Assembly (NCBI GenBank): GCA_016203765.1
Contig: JACQMB010000148.1
Coordinates: 1 to 47,562, forward strand
Source of the DNA: Deltaproteobacteria bacterium
GTDB lineage: Bacteria > UBA10199 > SPLOWO2-01-44-7
DNA length: 47,562 bases
Direction of reading: 5' to 3'
Part shown: positions 1 through 8,567 of the stretch, in pieces
How positions within the stretch are numbered: position 1 is the stretch's first letter
Layout: each line of letters starts with the position of its first letter
Notes under the pieces: generated by a model
What the model was told of the DNA's origin: nothing
The model's database searches: none
Seen by the model: only the letters and a program-made list of their open reading frames with translations
Made by a program: the position numbers and the translations under genes

Positions 1-143
1 CTAAGCAGGGTTGATTTGCCGGAGGCATTCGGCCCCAACACCGCCACCCCCTCACCCGCGGCGGCCGAAAAGCTCAGATCGCGCAAAGCCCAGGCCAGTC
101 CGAAGCGGTGGGAGAGATTTTTAATTTCGATGGCCTTTTCCAT
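1..143 (-). CDS. ABC transporter ATP-binding protein, N-terminal fragment (gene runs off window start)
   Basis: Own translation from ATG 143-141: MEKAIEIKNLSHRFGLAWALRDLSFSAAAGEGVAVLGPNASGKSTLL. Walker A is GPNASGKST. Absent from the ORF track because the window edge truncates it. Confidence 0.75.
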   Translation of the reverse strand, partial: MEKAIEIKNLSHRFGLAWALRDLSFSAAAGEGVAVLGPNASGKSTLL

Positions 144-186
144 TTTACCCTTGGAATTTTAAGGAAGGTAGCCTAAACTAACCATC

Positions 187-558
187 ATGAATCAGCAAGG
201 AGTTTCCCCAAATCCGGCTCCCAATCAAGAGCGCACCTTCGGCATGCTCTGCCATCTGCTAGCCCTTTCCGGATTGATCGGGATTCCGTTTGGGCACATC
301 TTGGGCCCGCTGATTGTCTGGCTGATTAAAAAGGAGGAGTATCCGCTGGTCAACCGAGAGGGGAAAAAGGCCCTCAACTTTCAAATCTCGATGACCCTCT
401 ACGGCCTCATTGCCGGCATTTTGTGTTTCATCCTGATCGGCTTTGTTCTGATCGCCGCCTTGGTTGTGGCCGAAATCATTTTGATCATCATCGCCTCGGT
501 CAAGACGCACAACGGGGAAGATTTCCAATACCCCCTCACCATTCAATTTCTCAAATAG
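187..558 (+). CDS. DUF4870-like small integral membrane protein
   Basis: ERTFGMLCHLLALSGLIGIPFGHILGPLIVWLIKKEEYPLVNREGKKALNFQISMTLY matches the DUF4870 pattern as I remember it. Two to three TM segments. Confidence 0.7.
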   Translation: MNQQGVSPNPAPNQERTFGMLCHLLALSGLIGIPFGHILGPLIVWLIKKEEYPLVNREGKKALNFQISMTLYGLIAGILCFILIGFVLIAALVVAEIILIIIASVKTHNGEDFQYPLTIQFLK

Positions 559-588
559 TCGTATAATTCGACAAAAAATTTTTCTCCC
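557..588 (+). promoter_or_regulatory. Copy 1 of a repeated intergenic motif containing TATAAT (candidate -10 plus conserved leader)
   Basis: AGTCGTATAATTCGACAAAAAATTTTTCTCCC. A near-identical string recurs at 2569-2597. Both copies lie upstream of genes in the 688-3984 cluster. Confidence 0.4.
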
Positions 589-687
589 ATTTTCCGGATT
601 AAGAGTACAACGACAGATTGAATATCCCCATTCCCGCGCCCATCAGTAATTGACACCCTGCTAACAAAGAGGTATTTTGCGATCCCC

Positions 688-2109
688 ATGTCAAAAAAGA
701 GGAAGGGTTTTTTAATTTGTTTGGCGGTTTCATTGTTGTTTCTACCGGCCGTTGGCGGCCAGGCCTCTCCCAAATCTCAAGCGCTTATCCAGCAAGGGCA
801 TCAGCATTTAACAAAACAGCATTTTGAGCGGGCCTTAAAAAGTTTTGAGGCCGCGGCCAAACTCGACCCGCAAGACGGGCAGGCCCTTTTCTTTCAGGGC
901 GTTGCCCTGAACCGCCTTGGACGGTTTCACGAGGCGGGCAAAAAACTCGATCAGTCCGAAAAATTAGGGACACACCCCGACTGGGCCTTTGAGAGGGGCT
1001 GGGCCCATCTGGGGCAGGCTGAATTTAGCGAGGCGGTCGGCCGGTTGAAAGCCTATGAAAAGAAAAACGCCGGCCGCGGCCAGACCTCGGAGTTTATCGG
1101 CCGGGCCTATTTTGGCCTGGGCGATGCAAAAAAGGCCCGGCGCTACTTCGACAAGGCCTTGAAGCAGAATCCCGGTTTAAAACAGACGGTTAATTTGTAC
1201 CTCGCCGCCATGGAACGGTCTCCCCAGGCGAAAACCGACCAAAAGGCATCAAAACCGTGGGGCATTTTTTCCAATCTGGCCGGCACCTATAATACTAACG
1301 CCATCAATTTGGGCAATGGGGCCACCCTTCCCACCGATGTCGCCCGTCAGGATTCAACCTTCGCTTCGACATCAATCGGCGGCAACTATCGGCTTCGCCT
1401 TGGGGATAAAAACCAACTGGCCTTTGGACATCAGTTTTTGGGGAATGCCTATGAGGTTAGCACCAGGCTCAACATGATGGACAATTTCACCTCGATCCAG
1501 TTCCGCCGCTCCCTGAACCAGAAGCAGGTGTTGGGGATTACGGTTTCGAACGATTTTACGATTGTCCAGACCGCTAAATTTCGCAATCAAATCGGTTTCC
1601 GCCCTGTTTTCGGCTGGCAACTGGCGGATTGGCTGACCTCCGAGGGTTCCTACGCCTTCGGTTTTGGAGAATATTTCTTTCCATCCAACGCCAACCAAGA
1701 CCGGGATGGCCATTCCCATGTTGTAGGCTTGAGCAACTATTTGGGTGTTCCGAACACGAAATTAAGGTTTTTGTTGGGCTATAATCACCTCTGGAACCGG
1801 GCTGACGGCGCCGATTTTGATTTTCAGGGCAACAATTTAAATTTTGCCGTCAGCCATCCCCTCTTTTGGGAAGTGACCGCGGAGCTTTTTTTCAGTCAGG
1901 GCTGGAATCGTTTTGATAATGTCAACAGTCTCACGGCCAACACCATGCGCAGTGACGACGTCTCCAATGTCTTTACACAGATCAATTTCCCCATACATGG
2001 GGGGGTGCGGGGGTTTTTACGGACCGGCTATATGCGAAACAAATCGAACATTAACACGTTTAATTCCCGGGCTCATCAGGGGAATGTGGGGATCTTAGTG
2101 GGGATTTAA
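688..2109 (+). CDS. Outer-membrane protein: signal peptide + TPR repeats + C-terminal beta-barrel (Slam/DUF560-like architecture, unverified)
   Basis: Signal peptide MSKKRKGFLICLAVSLLFLPAVGGQA. TPR-like helices (FERALKSFEAAAKLDPQDGQALFFQGVALNRLGRFHEA; AKKARRYFDKALKQNP). The last ~290 aa are alternating-hydrophobic strand-like segments. The function call rests on architecture only. Confidence 0.6.
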   Translation: MSKKRKGFLICLAVSLLFLPAVGGQASPKSQALIQQGHQHLTKQHFERALKSFEAAAKLDPQDGQALFFQGVALNRLGRFHEAGKKLDQSEKLGTHPDWAFERGWAHLGQAEFSEAVGRLKAYEKKNAGRGQTSEFIGRAYFGLGDAKKARRYFDKALKQNPGLKQTVNLYLAAMERSPQAKTDQKASKPWGIFSNLAGTYNTNAINLGNGATLPTDVARQDSTFASTSIGGNYRLRLGDKNQLAFGHQFLGNAYEVSTRLNMMDNFTSIQFRRSLNQKQVLGITVSNDFTIVQTAKFRNQIGFRPVFGWQLADWLTSEGSYAFGFGEYFFPSNANQDRDGHSHVVGLSNYLGVPNTKLRFLLGYNHLWNRADGADFDFQGNNLNFAVSHPLFWEVTAELFFSQGWNRFDNVNSLTANTMRSDDVSNVFTQINFPIHGGVRGFLRTGYMRNKSNINTFNSRAHQGNVGILVGI

Positions 2110-2110
2110 T

Positions 2111-2557
2111 ATGGAGAAAAAATTTTTAATAAGTCTTTTGGGATTGGCCCTGGGCGTGTTTGCAAAAAATCTTTGGGCTTGCCCCGCCGGTCAGGTTTGT
2201 TCCGACGGAAGCGACACCTGCGAATCCAGCCTTTGCGTGGCTGACACGAGCGGCGGCGGTTCCTCCACCGCCCCGACCACGACCGAGGGGCAGTTGGGAT
2301 TAACCCTCGAACCCGTTTTGCAATTGGAGGGGAAGCTGGTTCGGGCTTTCCATTTTGACGCCAGCCAAAAGGACTCTTCCAACGGAGGCTGGACTTTTTA
2401 TGATCCCCGGCCAGAGTTTGCAGATGTCAACACCTTGACTCAAATCGCGCCAGGCGGGGTCTATTGGATTCAGGTCAATCAGGCAACAACCATTCAGTGG
2501 GATAGTCAGTCGGCCCCGATTCCCCTCTTTGAGGGGTGGAATATAGTCCCTCGGTAG
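2111..2557 (+). CDS. Secreted or lipoprotein candidate, unknown family (4-Cys N-terminal module + T/S/G linker + ~90 aa domain)
   Basis: ATG lies 1 nt after the stop of 688-2109. The signal peptide ends KNLWA/C, followed by CPAGQVCSDGSDTCESSLC and the linker GGGSSTAPTTTEGQLG. Confidence 0.65.
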   Translation: MEKKFLISLLGLALGVFAKNLWACPAGQVCSDGSDTCESSLCVADTSGGGSSTAPTTTEGQLGLTLEPVLQLEGKLVRAFHFDASQKDSSNGGWTFYDPRPEFADVNTLTQIAPGGVYWIQVNQATTIQWDSQSAPIPLFEGWNIVPR

Positions 2558-2568
2558 GTTAAAACCAC

Positions 2569-2597
2569 AGTCGTATAATCCACAGAAAAATTCTCCC
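2569..2597 (+). promoter_or_regulatory. Copy 2 of the TATAAT-containing repeated motif
   Basis: AGTCGTATAATCCACAGAAAAATTCTCCC, 33 nt upstream of ATG 2630. Compare with 557-588. Confidence 0.4.
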
Positions 2598-2629
2598 TCC
2601 TTTTTTTTGGATGGTGTAAAATCAGAAAC

Positions 2630-3448
2630 ATGGCTGTGAAAATCATTTCAATTGTAGTTGCCGCGATCTTGGGATTCTTCTTAAACCTGTCGTTTGCCCT
2701 GGCTTGTCCTTCCGGCATGGTTTGTCCCGAAGGCAAAGAATGCAGTCAGCCCAGTGACTGTACTACGGGTCCTCCCACCGCACCGGGCGGCGGCGTTTCA
2801 ACCACCCCGTCCACCGCCACCGGTGAAACCAGCTCGACGCCCACTACGACTCAGGAACAAATCGGTCAGACCGCCGATCCAAAGTCCGACCCCAATCTTG
2901 TTGGTGTGGAGATAAAACCTCTCACGGACCGGGACATAATGGATTTGACCTTCGGGCACGGGATGGTCCGGGCCTATTTGGATTTTGTGAATGCGATGGC
3001 AAACTTTGAACTGCGGGGGCCCCGCGGGGAAATGTCGGAGAGGAGGATGGAAAAGATAAGAGAACGAGCCAGGGAGCGGGCGGATAGGGAGGCGGGGGTT
3101 GACCAGGCCCTGGATGCGTGCAGAAAAACCAATGACAACTATGTCCGGGCCCATCAGGAGTGGAAACATCAGGTGAAGGTTCAAGACATGATCGGTATAG
3201 ACGTGGGGAGATTGCGGACAGAGTTGGAAAAACTGGGGGACGGTCCTAACCAGTATGGCATCCCAAGAAGTCAAATTTACGGAAATGCCCATCGGGAGTG
3301 GATTCAATCCCTTCTCAAAAGCGCCGACATGGAAAATGCGGTAACGAATGCCCGCACGTTGAAGGAGGAGGCCTGGGGCAAATATCTGTCCGCGCAAGAG
3401 AAGGCTGGTGATCTTCAACAACAGTATATGGGGGAATGGGGCAAATGA
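2630..3448 (+). CDS. Secreted or lipoprotein candidate, unknown family. N-terminus is paralogous to 2111-2557; C-terminal part is helical and charged.
   Basis: The signal peptide ends LSFALA/C, followed by CPSGMVCPEGKECSQPSDC. A T/S/P/G linker ends TTTQEQIGQT. The remaining ~180 aa are helical and rich in charged residues. Confidence 0.65.
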   Translation: MAVKIISIVVAAILGFFLNLSFALACPSGMVCPEGKECSQPSDCTTGPPTAPGGGVSTTPSTATGETSSTPTTTQEQIGQTADPKSDPNLVGVEIKPLTDRDIMDLTFGHGMVRAYLDFVNAMANFELRGPRGEMSERRMEKIRERARERADREAGVDQALDACRKTNDNYVRAHQEWKHQVKVQDMIGIDVGRLRTELEKLGDGPNQYGIPRSQIYGNAHREWIQSLLKSADMENAVTNARTLKEEAWGKYLSAQEKAGDLQQQYMGEWGK

Positions 3449-3984
3449 GGAACGGTGTTAAAACAGCGCTGATCCTTTTTATGATCGTTGGTTCGATCAG
3501 CGTGTGGGGCAAAGATCATGAGACGGCGGCAGATCGGATCCTGAAAAGACAAACCGAAAGCCCCAATTTGCAAAACAGGATGAAGCGGTGGGAGAAAGAG
3601 GTGAATGTTTTGGAAGCGGTCAGGGATTACGAACGTAAAAAGACGGAATATCAAGAGACGCTGGAAAATCTTGTAAAAATCCGCGGTGAGAATGAGTCGT
3701 TGCTTGCAGAATTAAGGGCGGCCTTTGAGGCATGGAGCAAAAACACTTCCTCAACAAAGACGTGGCGGTATTTACAGGCGCTCGAAAGGAAAGTTGCACA
3801 AGGGAGCGAGCAACAAAACCGCCTGCACGATTTGGCCGAACAGCTTTGGAAGGAAAAACAAAAGAGTTTTTTTGCCGCCCTTCAGACCAAGAAAAACGCC
3901 TACGCCTTGGAGATGAAGCATCAAATGACGGAAGTGGCCAGACGCGCTACCAAAGATGTTCCGATCCCCAAACCCCAAGATTGA
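3445..3984 (+). CDS. Secreted coiled-coil protein, unknown family
   Basis: ATG 3445 overlaps the TGA of the upstream gene (ATGA); an alternative ATG is at 3436. Signal peptide MRNGVKTALILFMIVGSISVWG. The rest is E/K/Q/L-rich and looks heptad-like. Confidence 0.6.
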   Translation: MRNGVKTALILFMIVGSISVWGKDHETAADRILKRQTESPNLQNRMKRWEKEVNVLEAVRDYERKKTEYQETLENLVKIRGENESLLAELRAAFEAWSKNTSSTKTWRYLQALERKVAQGSEQQNRLHDLAEQLWKEKQKSFFAALQTKKNAYALEMKHQMTEVARRATKDVPIPKPQD

Positions 3985-4021
3985 CAGTTAGGGCCAGGCA
4001 CCATATGTGATTCTCTCCTGT

Positions 4022-6292
4022 ATGTTCTCCGTTGAAACCACCCCTGAAATGGTTGCTCAAACCTTCAAAAGGCTGGGGAAAAATTTGCCCGTGATTCGCA
4101 AACGTTCGGGAAAGCCTCTGCTTTTGGCCGAGAAAATTTTGTACGGGCATCTGGTCGATCCTTCCAAACAGGAGCTGACGCGGGGCAAAAGCATTCTTCA
4201 GCTCAATCCAGACCGGGTGGTGATGCAGGATGCCACGGCGCAGATGGCCCTGTTGCAATTCATGGTGGCGGGACGAAAAACGACGGCGGTCCCCACCACC
4301 GTCCACTGCGACCACCTGATCCGCGCCCAGATGGGGGCAAAAGAAGACACGCTGGCGGCCATCAAGGAAAACAACGAGGTCTACGCCTTTTTGGAAAGCT
4401 GTTCGAAAAAATACGGGATCGGTTTTTGGCGGCCCGGCTCCGGGATCATCCATCAGGTTTTTTTGGAACAGTACGCCTTTCCCGGCGGGATGGTGATCGG
4501 AACCGATTCGCACACCCCCAACGCTGGGGGTTTATGCATGGTTGCTGTTGGGGTTGGAGGCGCCGACGCCGTGGATGTGATGGCCGGGATGCCGTGGGAG
4601 GTTTTGGCGCCTAAATTTGTTGGCGTTCGATTGACAGGCAAACTCAACGGCTGGAGCGCCCCCAAAGACGTGATTTTAAAAGTTTGCGAAAAACTGACGG
4701 TCAAGGGCGGGACCAACAAAATCATTGAATATTTCGGCCCCGGCTGTGCCTCGATTTCCGCCACCGGCAAGGGGACGATTACCAACATGGGGGCCGAGCT
4801 GGGGGCGACCACATCGATCTTTCCCTATGACAATCGAGTCGGCGATTATCTCAACGCGACCGAGCGGAGAGAGATCGCGAATTGGGCCGAACAACATCGG
4901 GAGTTTTTGGAAGACGATCCGGAGATCGCCAAAAACCCCGAAAAATATTTTGATGAGGTCATCGAAATTAATCTCGACAAGCTGGAACCGCACGTGGTCG
5001 GGCCCCATTCCCCCGATGTCTCCCGTCCTATTTCCAAACTGGGCGAGGATGCGAAAAAAAACAACTACCCCGTTGAAATTCGGTACGCCTTGATCGGCTC
5101 CTGCACCAATTCCTCGTACGAAGATATCGAACGGGCCGCCGATGTGGCCAGGCAGGCGGCCCGGCACGGCGCCAAAACCAAAATTCCGCTGATGATAACC
5201 CCCGGCTCCGAACAGGTTTTTGAAACCACTCGCCGGGACGGCCAGCTCCAAGCCTTGGAATCGGTCGGCGGAAAAATTTTGGCGAATGCCTGCGGGCCTT
5301 GCATCGGACAGTGGCAAAGGAGTGATATTAAAAAAGGGGAGAGCAACACGATTTTGACTTCGTATAACCGAAATTTCCCCCGCCGCAACGACGGCAATCC
5401 GCAAACGCTGGCTTTTATCGGCTCTCCCGAACTGGTCGTCGCCGTCTCCTTTGGGGGCCGGCTCGATTTTGACCCGACGCGCGACGCGGTGGAGACCGGC
5501 GGAAAGAAATGGAAGTTTCAGCCCCCTGGCATCGCTGATGACATTCCCAAAAAAGGATTCATCCTTTCCAAAAAAGGATATGAACCGCCGGCCGAGGACC
5601 CGGGGCGGATCGAAGTCAAAGTCAATTCCAAAAGCGACCGCCTGCAGGTTTTAACGCCGTTTGAACCGTGGGACGGAAATGATTTTGAAAAACTTCCGTT
5701 GCTGATTAAAGCAAAAGGGAAATGCACAACGGATCACATCTCACCGGCCGGCCCCTGGCTTCAGTACCGCGGCCATCTGGACAATATCAGCAACAATCTT
5801 TTTGTCGGAGCGACCAACGCCTTTCAAAAAGAGGCGGGGAAGACCAAAAATATTTTGACGGGAGGGGTGGACGAAGTTCCCAAAGTCGCACGGGCTTATA
5901 AAAAAGAAGGGTTGCGCTGGGTGGCGGTGGGGGATGAAAATTATGGCGAGGGATCTTCGCGCGAGCACGCCGCCATGGAGCCGAGGCATTTGGGCTGTGC
6001 CGCGGTGATCGTCAAAAGTTTCGCCCGCATTCATGAAACCAATTTAAAAAAGCAGGGGGTCCTGCCGCTGACTTTTGCCAACGCCGCCGATTACGACAAG
6101 ATTCAGGAAGAGGACCGGATCAGCGTAACTGGCCTGAATGTTCTAAAACCGGGGCGGCCGGTCGCCGTCCTTTTGTGTCACAAGAATGGTTCCCAGGAAA
6201 AAATTTTCTGCAATCACTCCCTGACGGTCGAGCAGGTCAAATGGTTCCAGGCCGGCGGGGCCCTAAATTTGATCCGCCGACGGCAAAACTAA
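4022..6292 (+). CDS. Aconitate hydratase, mitochondrial (Aco2) type
   Basis: KILYGHLVDP, DRVVMQDATAQMALLQF, GTDSHTPNAGGL, IGSCTNSSYED, NACGPCIGQW, SYNRNFPRRNDG, GEGSSREHAA. About 755 aa. GTG 4007 is an alternative start. Confidence 0.92.
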   Translation: MFSVETTPEMVAQTFKRLGKNLPVIRKRSGKPLLLAEKILYGHLVDPSKQELTRGKSILQLNPDRVVMQDATAQMALLQFMVAGRKTTAVPTTVHCDHLIRAQMGAKEDTLAAIKENNEVYAFLESCSKKYGIGFWRPGSGIIHQVFLEQYAFPGGMVIGTDSHTPNAGGLCMVAVGVGGADAVDVMAGMPWEVLAPKFVGVRLTGKLNGWSAPKDVILKVCEKLTVKGGTNKIIEYFGPGCASISATGKGTITNMGAELGATTSIFPYDNRVGDYLNATERREIANWAEQHREFLEDDPEIAKNPEKYFDEVIEINLDKLEPHVVGPHSPDVSRPISKLGEDAKKNNYPVEIRYALIGSCTNSSYEDIERAADVARQAARHGAKTKIPLMITPGSEQVFETTRRDGQLQALESVGGKILANACGPCIGQWQRSDIKKGESNTILTSYNRNFPRRNDGNPQTLAFIGSPELVVAVSFGGRLDFDPTRDAVETGGKKWKFQPPGIADDIPKKGFILSKKGYEPPAEDPGRIEVKVNSKSDRLQVLTPFEPWDGNDFEKLPLLIKAKGKCTTDHISPAGPWLQYRGHLDNISNNLFVGATNAFQKEAGKTKNILTGGVDEVPKVARAYKKEGLRWVAVGDENYGEGSSREHAAMEPRHLGCAAVIVKSFARIHETNLKKQGVLPLTFANAADYDKIQEEDRISVTGLNVLKPGRPVAVLLCHKNGSQEKIFCNHSLTVEQVKWFQAGGALNLIRRRQN

Positions 6293-7677
6293 ACGGTCCT
6301 TGAAAATTTCCCTTCCCCCGGTTTTAGGTAGGCATCAAAAACCATTCCGATATTCCGCAGAAAAAGCCTTCCCAACGGCGTAACGCGCAGGCCGTTTGTT
6401 TCCAACTCGACCAGACCATCTTGGGCCAGTGTTTCAAGCGAGGGCCGCTCTTTTTCAAAAAGGGCGAAAAAGTTTTCTAACTGGACCTGCTGGTGGCAGA
6501 AGAGTTCTCGGATCACCATTTGCCGGAGCAAATCATCCGTCGAGAGTTTAAGCCCCGCGCGCGTCGCCAGTGTTTTTTCAAAATCGGTCTCCTCGTAGTC
6601 TTTTAACTTTTTCGCGTTCTGGGCAAAAGAGCCGTCCACCGAACTGATGGCGGTAACCCCCATCCCGATCAAATCGCAATCCGCCTGGGTGGTGTAACCT
6701 TGAAAGTTGCGATACATCGTTTTATCCCGTTGCGCGCGGGTCAATTCATCCCCGGCCTTGGCAAAGTGGTCGAGGCCGATAAACGTAAAGCCGGCATCTT
6801 GAAAGACCTCGATCGCGCCGCAGAACATTTCCAGTTTTGTCTCGCCGGAGGGGAGGTCCCGTTCGGAAATTTTGCGCTGATGGGCGTGCATCCAGGGGAC
6901 AAAAGCAAAGTTAAAGAGGGCGATCCGGTCGGGGTTTAGTTCTAAAACCTGTTCCAGCGTTTTTTCAAAACTCTTTGGGGTTTGCCGAGGCAGGCCATAG
7001 ACAAGATCGATGTTGACGCTTTGGAATTTTAATTCGCGGCAACCGTCTACCGCCTTTTTCGTTTCTTCAAACGACTGAATCCGTCCCGCCTCCCTTTGGA
7101 CGTCGGGGTTAAAATCCTGCACGCCGAGGCTGGTGCGGTTGAATCCGAGGCCGCGCAATGTTTTTAGTTGTTCTGCGGAGGTCACGCGCGGATCGATCTC
7201 AATCGAGATTTCGGCATTGTCGGCAAAGGAAAAATGCCTGGCAATCGCCCCCCACAGTTTTTCGATCTGTTCACAGCTTAGATAAGTCGGCGTACCACCT
7301 CCCCAATGGAACTGGGAGACCCTTCGGGAAGAATCGACGAGGGAGGCCGCGCGGCCGATCTCCCCGGAGAGGGCTGTTAAATAAGGTTCGGCCACTTCGT
7401 GCCGGCGGGTGGCCACCACCGAACAGGCGCAAAAGGTGCATCGCTCGTCGCAAAAAGGGATGTGGAAATATAAAGAAAGCGGCCGGCCGGCCGCGTTGCT
7501 CTTTGCCAATTGCGCGGCGAAATCTTCCGGTCCGAAATTTTTGGACCAATTGGGCGCGGTGGGATAACTAGTATACCTCGGCCCCGGACGGGAATATTTT
7601 TCGATCAGTTGGGGACTGACGGTAACGGCTTGGCCGTCAATCGTGGCTTTGATCATAAAAATTTCCTTTTCAGTCAA
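6289..7677 (-). CDS. hemN: Oxygen-independent coproporphyrinogen III oxidase (radical SAM)
   Basis: PGPRYTSYPTAPNW, HIPFCDERCTFCAC (CxxxCxxC), HWGGGTPTYL. 462 aa. Its stop overlaps the aconitase stop (convergent CTAA). Confidence 0.9.
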   Translation of the reverse strand: MTEKEIFMIKATIDGQAVTVSPQLIEKYSRPGPRYTSYPTAPNWSKNFGPEDFAAQLAKSNAAGRPLSLYFHIPFCDERCTFCACSVVATRRHEVAEPYLTALSGEIGRAASLVDSSRRVSQFHWGGGTPTYLSCEQIEKLWGAIARHFSFADNAEISIEIDPRVTSAEQLKTLRGLGFNRTSLGVQDFNPDVQREAGRIQSFEETKKAVDGCRELKFQSVNIDLVYGLPRQTPKSFEKTLEQVLELNPDRIALFNFAFVPWMHAHQRKISERDLPSGETKLEMFCGAIEVFQDAGFTFIGLDHFAKAGDELTRAQRDKTMYRNFQGYTTQADCDLIGMGVTAISSVDGSFAQNAKKLKDYEETDFEKTLATRAGLKLSTDDLLRQMVIRELFCHQQVQLENFFALFEKERPSLETLAQDGLVELETNGLRVTPLGRLFLRNIGMVFDAYLKPGEGKFSRTV

Positions 7678-8539
7678 CGGGCTCGCATGCCAGGCCCGCC
7701 GTTTTTTTCACCTTGTCCCCACTGGTTTGCCAGGCCAGATAAACGGTGGCCGGGTATTCAAAAGAGAGGAGTTGACCTATTTTTTCCAGAAGGAGCCAGC
7801 GGGTCGCCGGGTCCAGATCCATCTCGGCGATGTTTTTCTCGAATCCGAGGGCCAATTTTGTCTGTCGGGTCATATCTATCTCCCTGTCAAGCATTTCGTC
7901 CTCGCATTGGAAGGGACCTAAATTGCAAAAAAACCAGGTGGAGACCCGGCGAAGAAAGCCGGGCCTTTCTTTCAAACTGTCCTGATCGGGATAGCCGGCG
8001 ATGGTGAGCCGGGCCAGGGGTTCCAGATCCTCTCTCGGTTGAACAAGAGTCAGGGCCGAAAGTTCAAAGTGGGTGTGAATGCCGGACGTAAGCAAAGGAA
8101 GGACAAAGGTTCTCTGTTGTTCCATGTTTTCATCAAGCTCAAAGGTAAAAAAGACGGGGTAGCCGAACTGCCCTTCCGCATGGTCGTCGGGGGGAACGGC
8201 GACCGGATCGAAAAAGGAAAGAGGGGCGCATCCGTCCTCCACACCCACCGCGAATCGGGGAAAGGCGGAGACGGAAACATAAAAATAGTGATACCCCTTC
8301 TTTTCAAAGGGAAGGCCTTCGATGGAAAAAGCCGCCGTTCCCCGGAGCTCCGGCCCGCCGAAAGCGATGTAGCGGTCGGCGACGGGGGGGCGCACGCAAT
8401 CTTCCGGCCCGAATTCATGGAGGATAATTTTGTCCTCGTAACCGTCCCGGTTGACGTCTTCCTTATAAACAATGGAGAGGGGATCGCAGATTTTGCGAAA
8501 ACCCGTTCTGCCGATGGGAATTTCGCCGCCGGGATTCAT
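7670..8539 (-). CDS. Hypothetical protein (no recognisable domain, no signal peptide)
   Basis: 289-aa ORF whose end overlaps the hemN start by 8 nt, so it sits in the same minus-strand operon-like array. It has one DVNRDGYED Ca-loop-like string. Confidence 0.55.
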   Translation of the reverse strand: MNPGGEIPIGRTGFRKICDPLSIVYKEDVNRDGYEDKIILHEFGPEDCVRPPVADRYIAFGGPELRGTAAFSIEGLPFEKKGYHYFYVSVSAFPRFAVGVEDGCAPLSFFDPVAVPPDDHAEGQFGYPVFFTFELDENMEQQRTFVLPLLTSGIHTHFELSALTLVQPREDLEPLARLTIAGYPDQDSLKERPGFLRRVSTWFFCNLGPFQCEDEMLDREIDMTRQTKLALGFEKNIAEMDLDPATRWLLLEKIGQLLSFEYPATVYLAWQTSGDKVKKTAGLACEPVD

Positions 8540-8567
8540 AAAAAATAACTACCGCCCGGAAGGCTAA

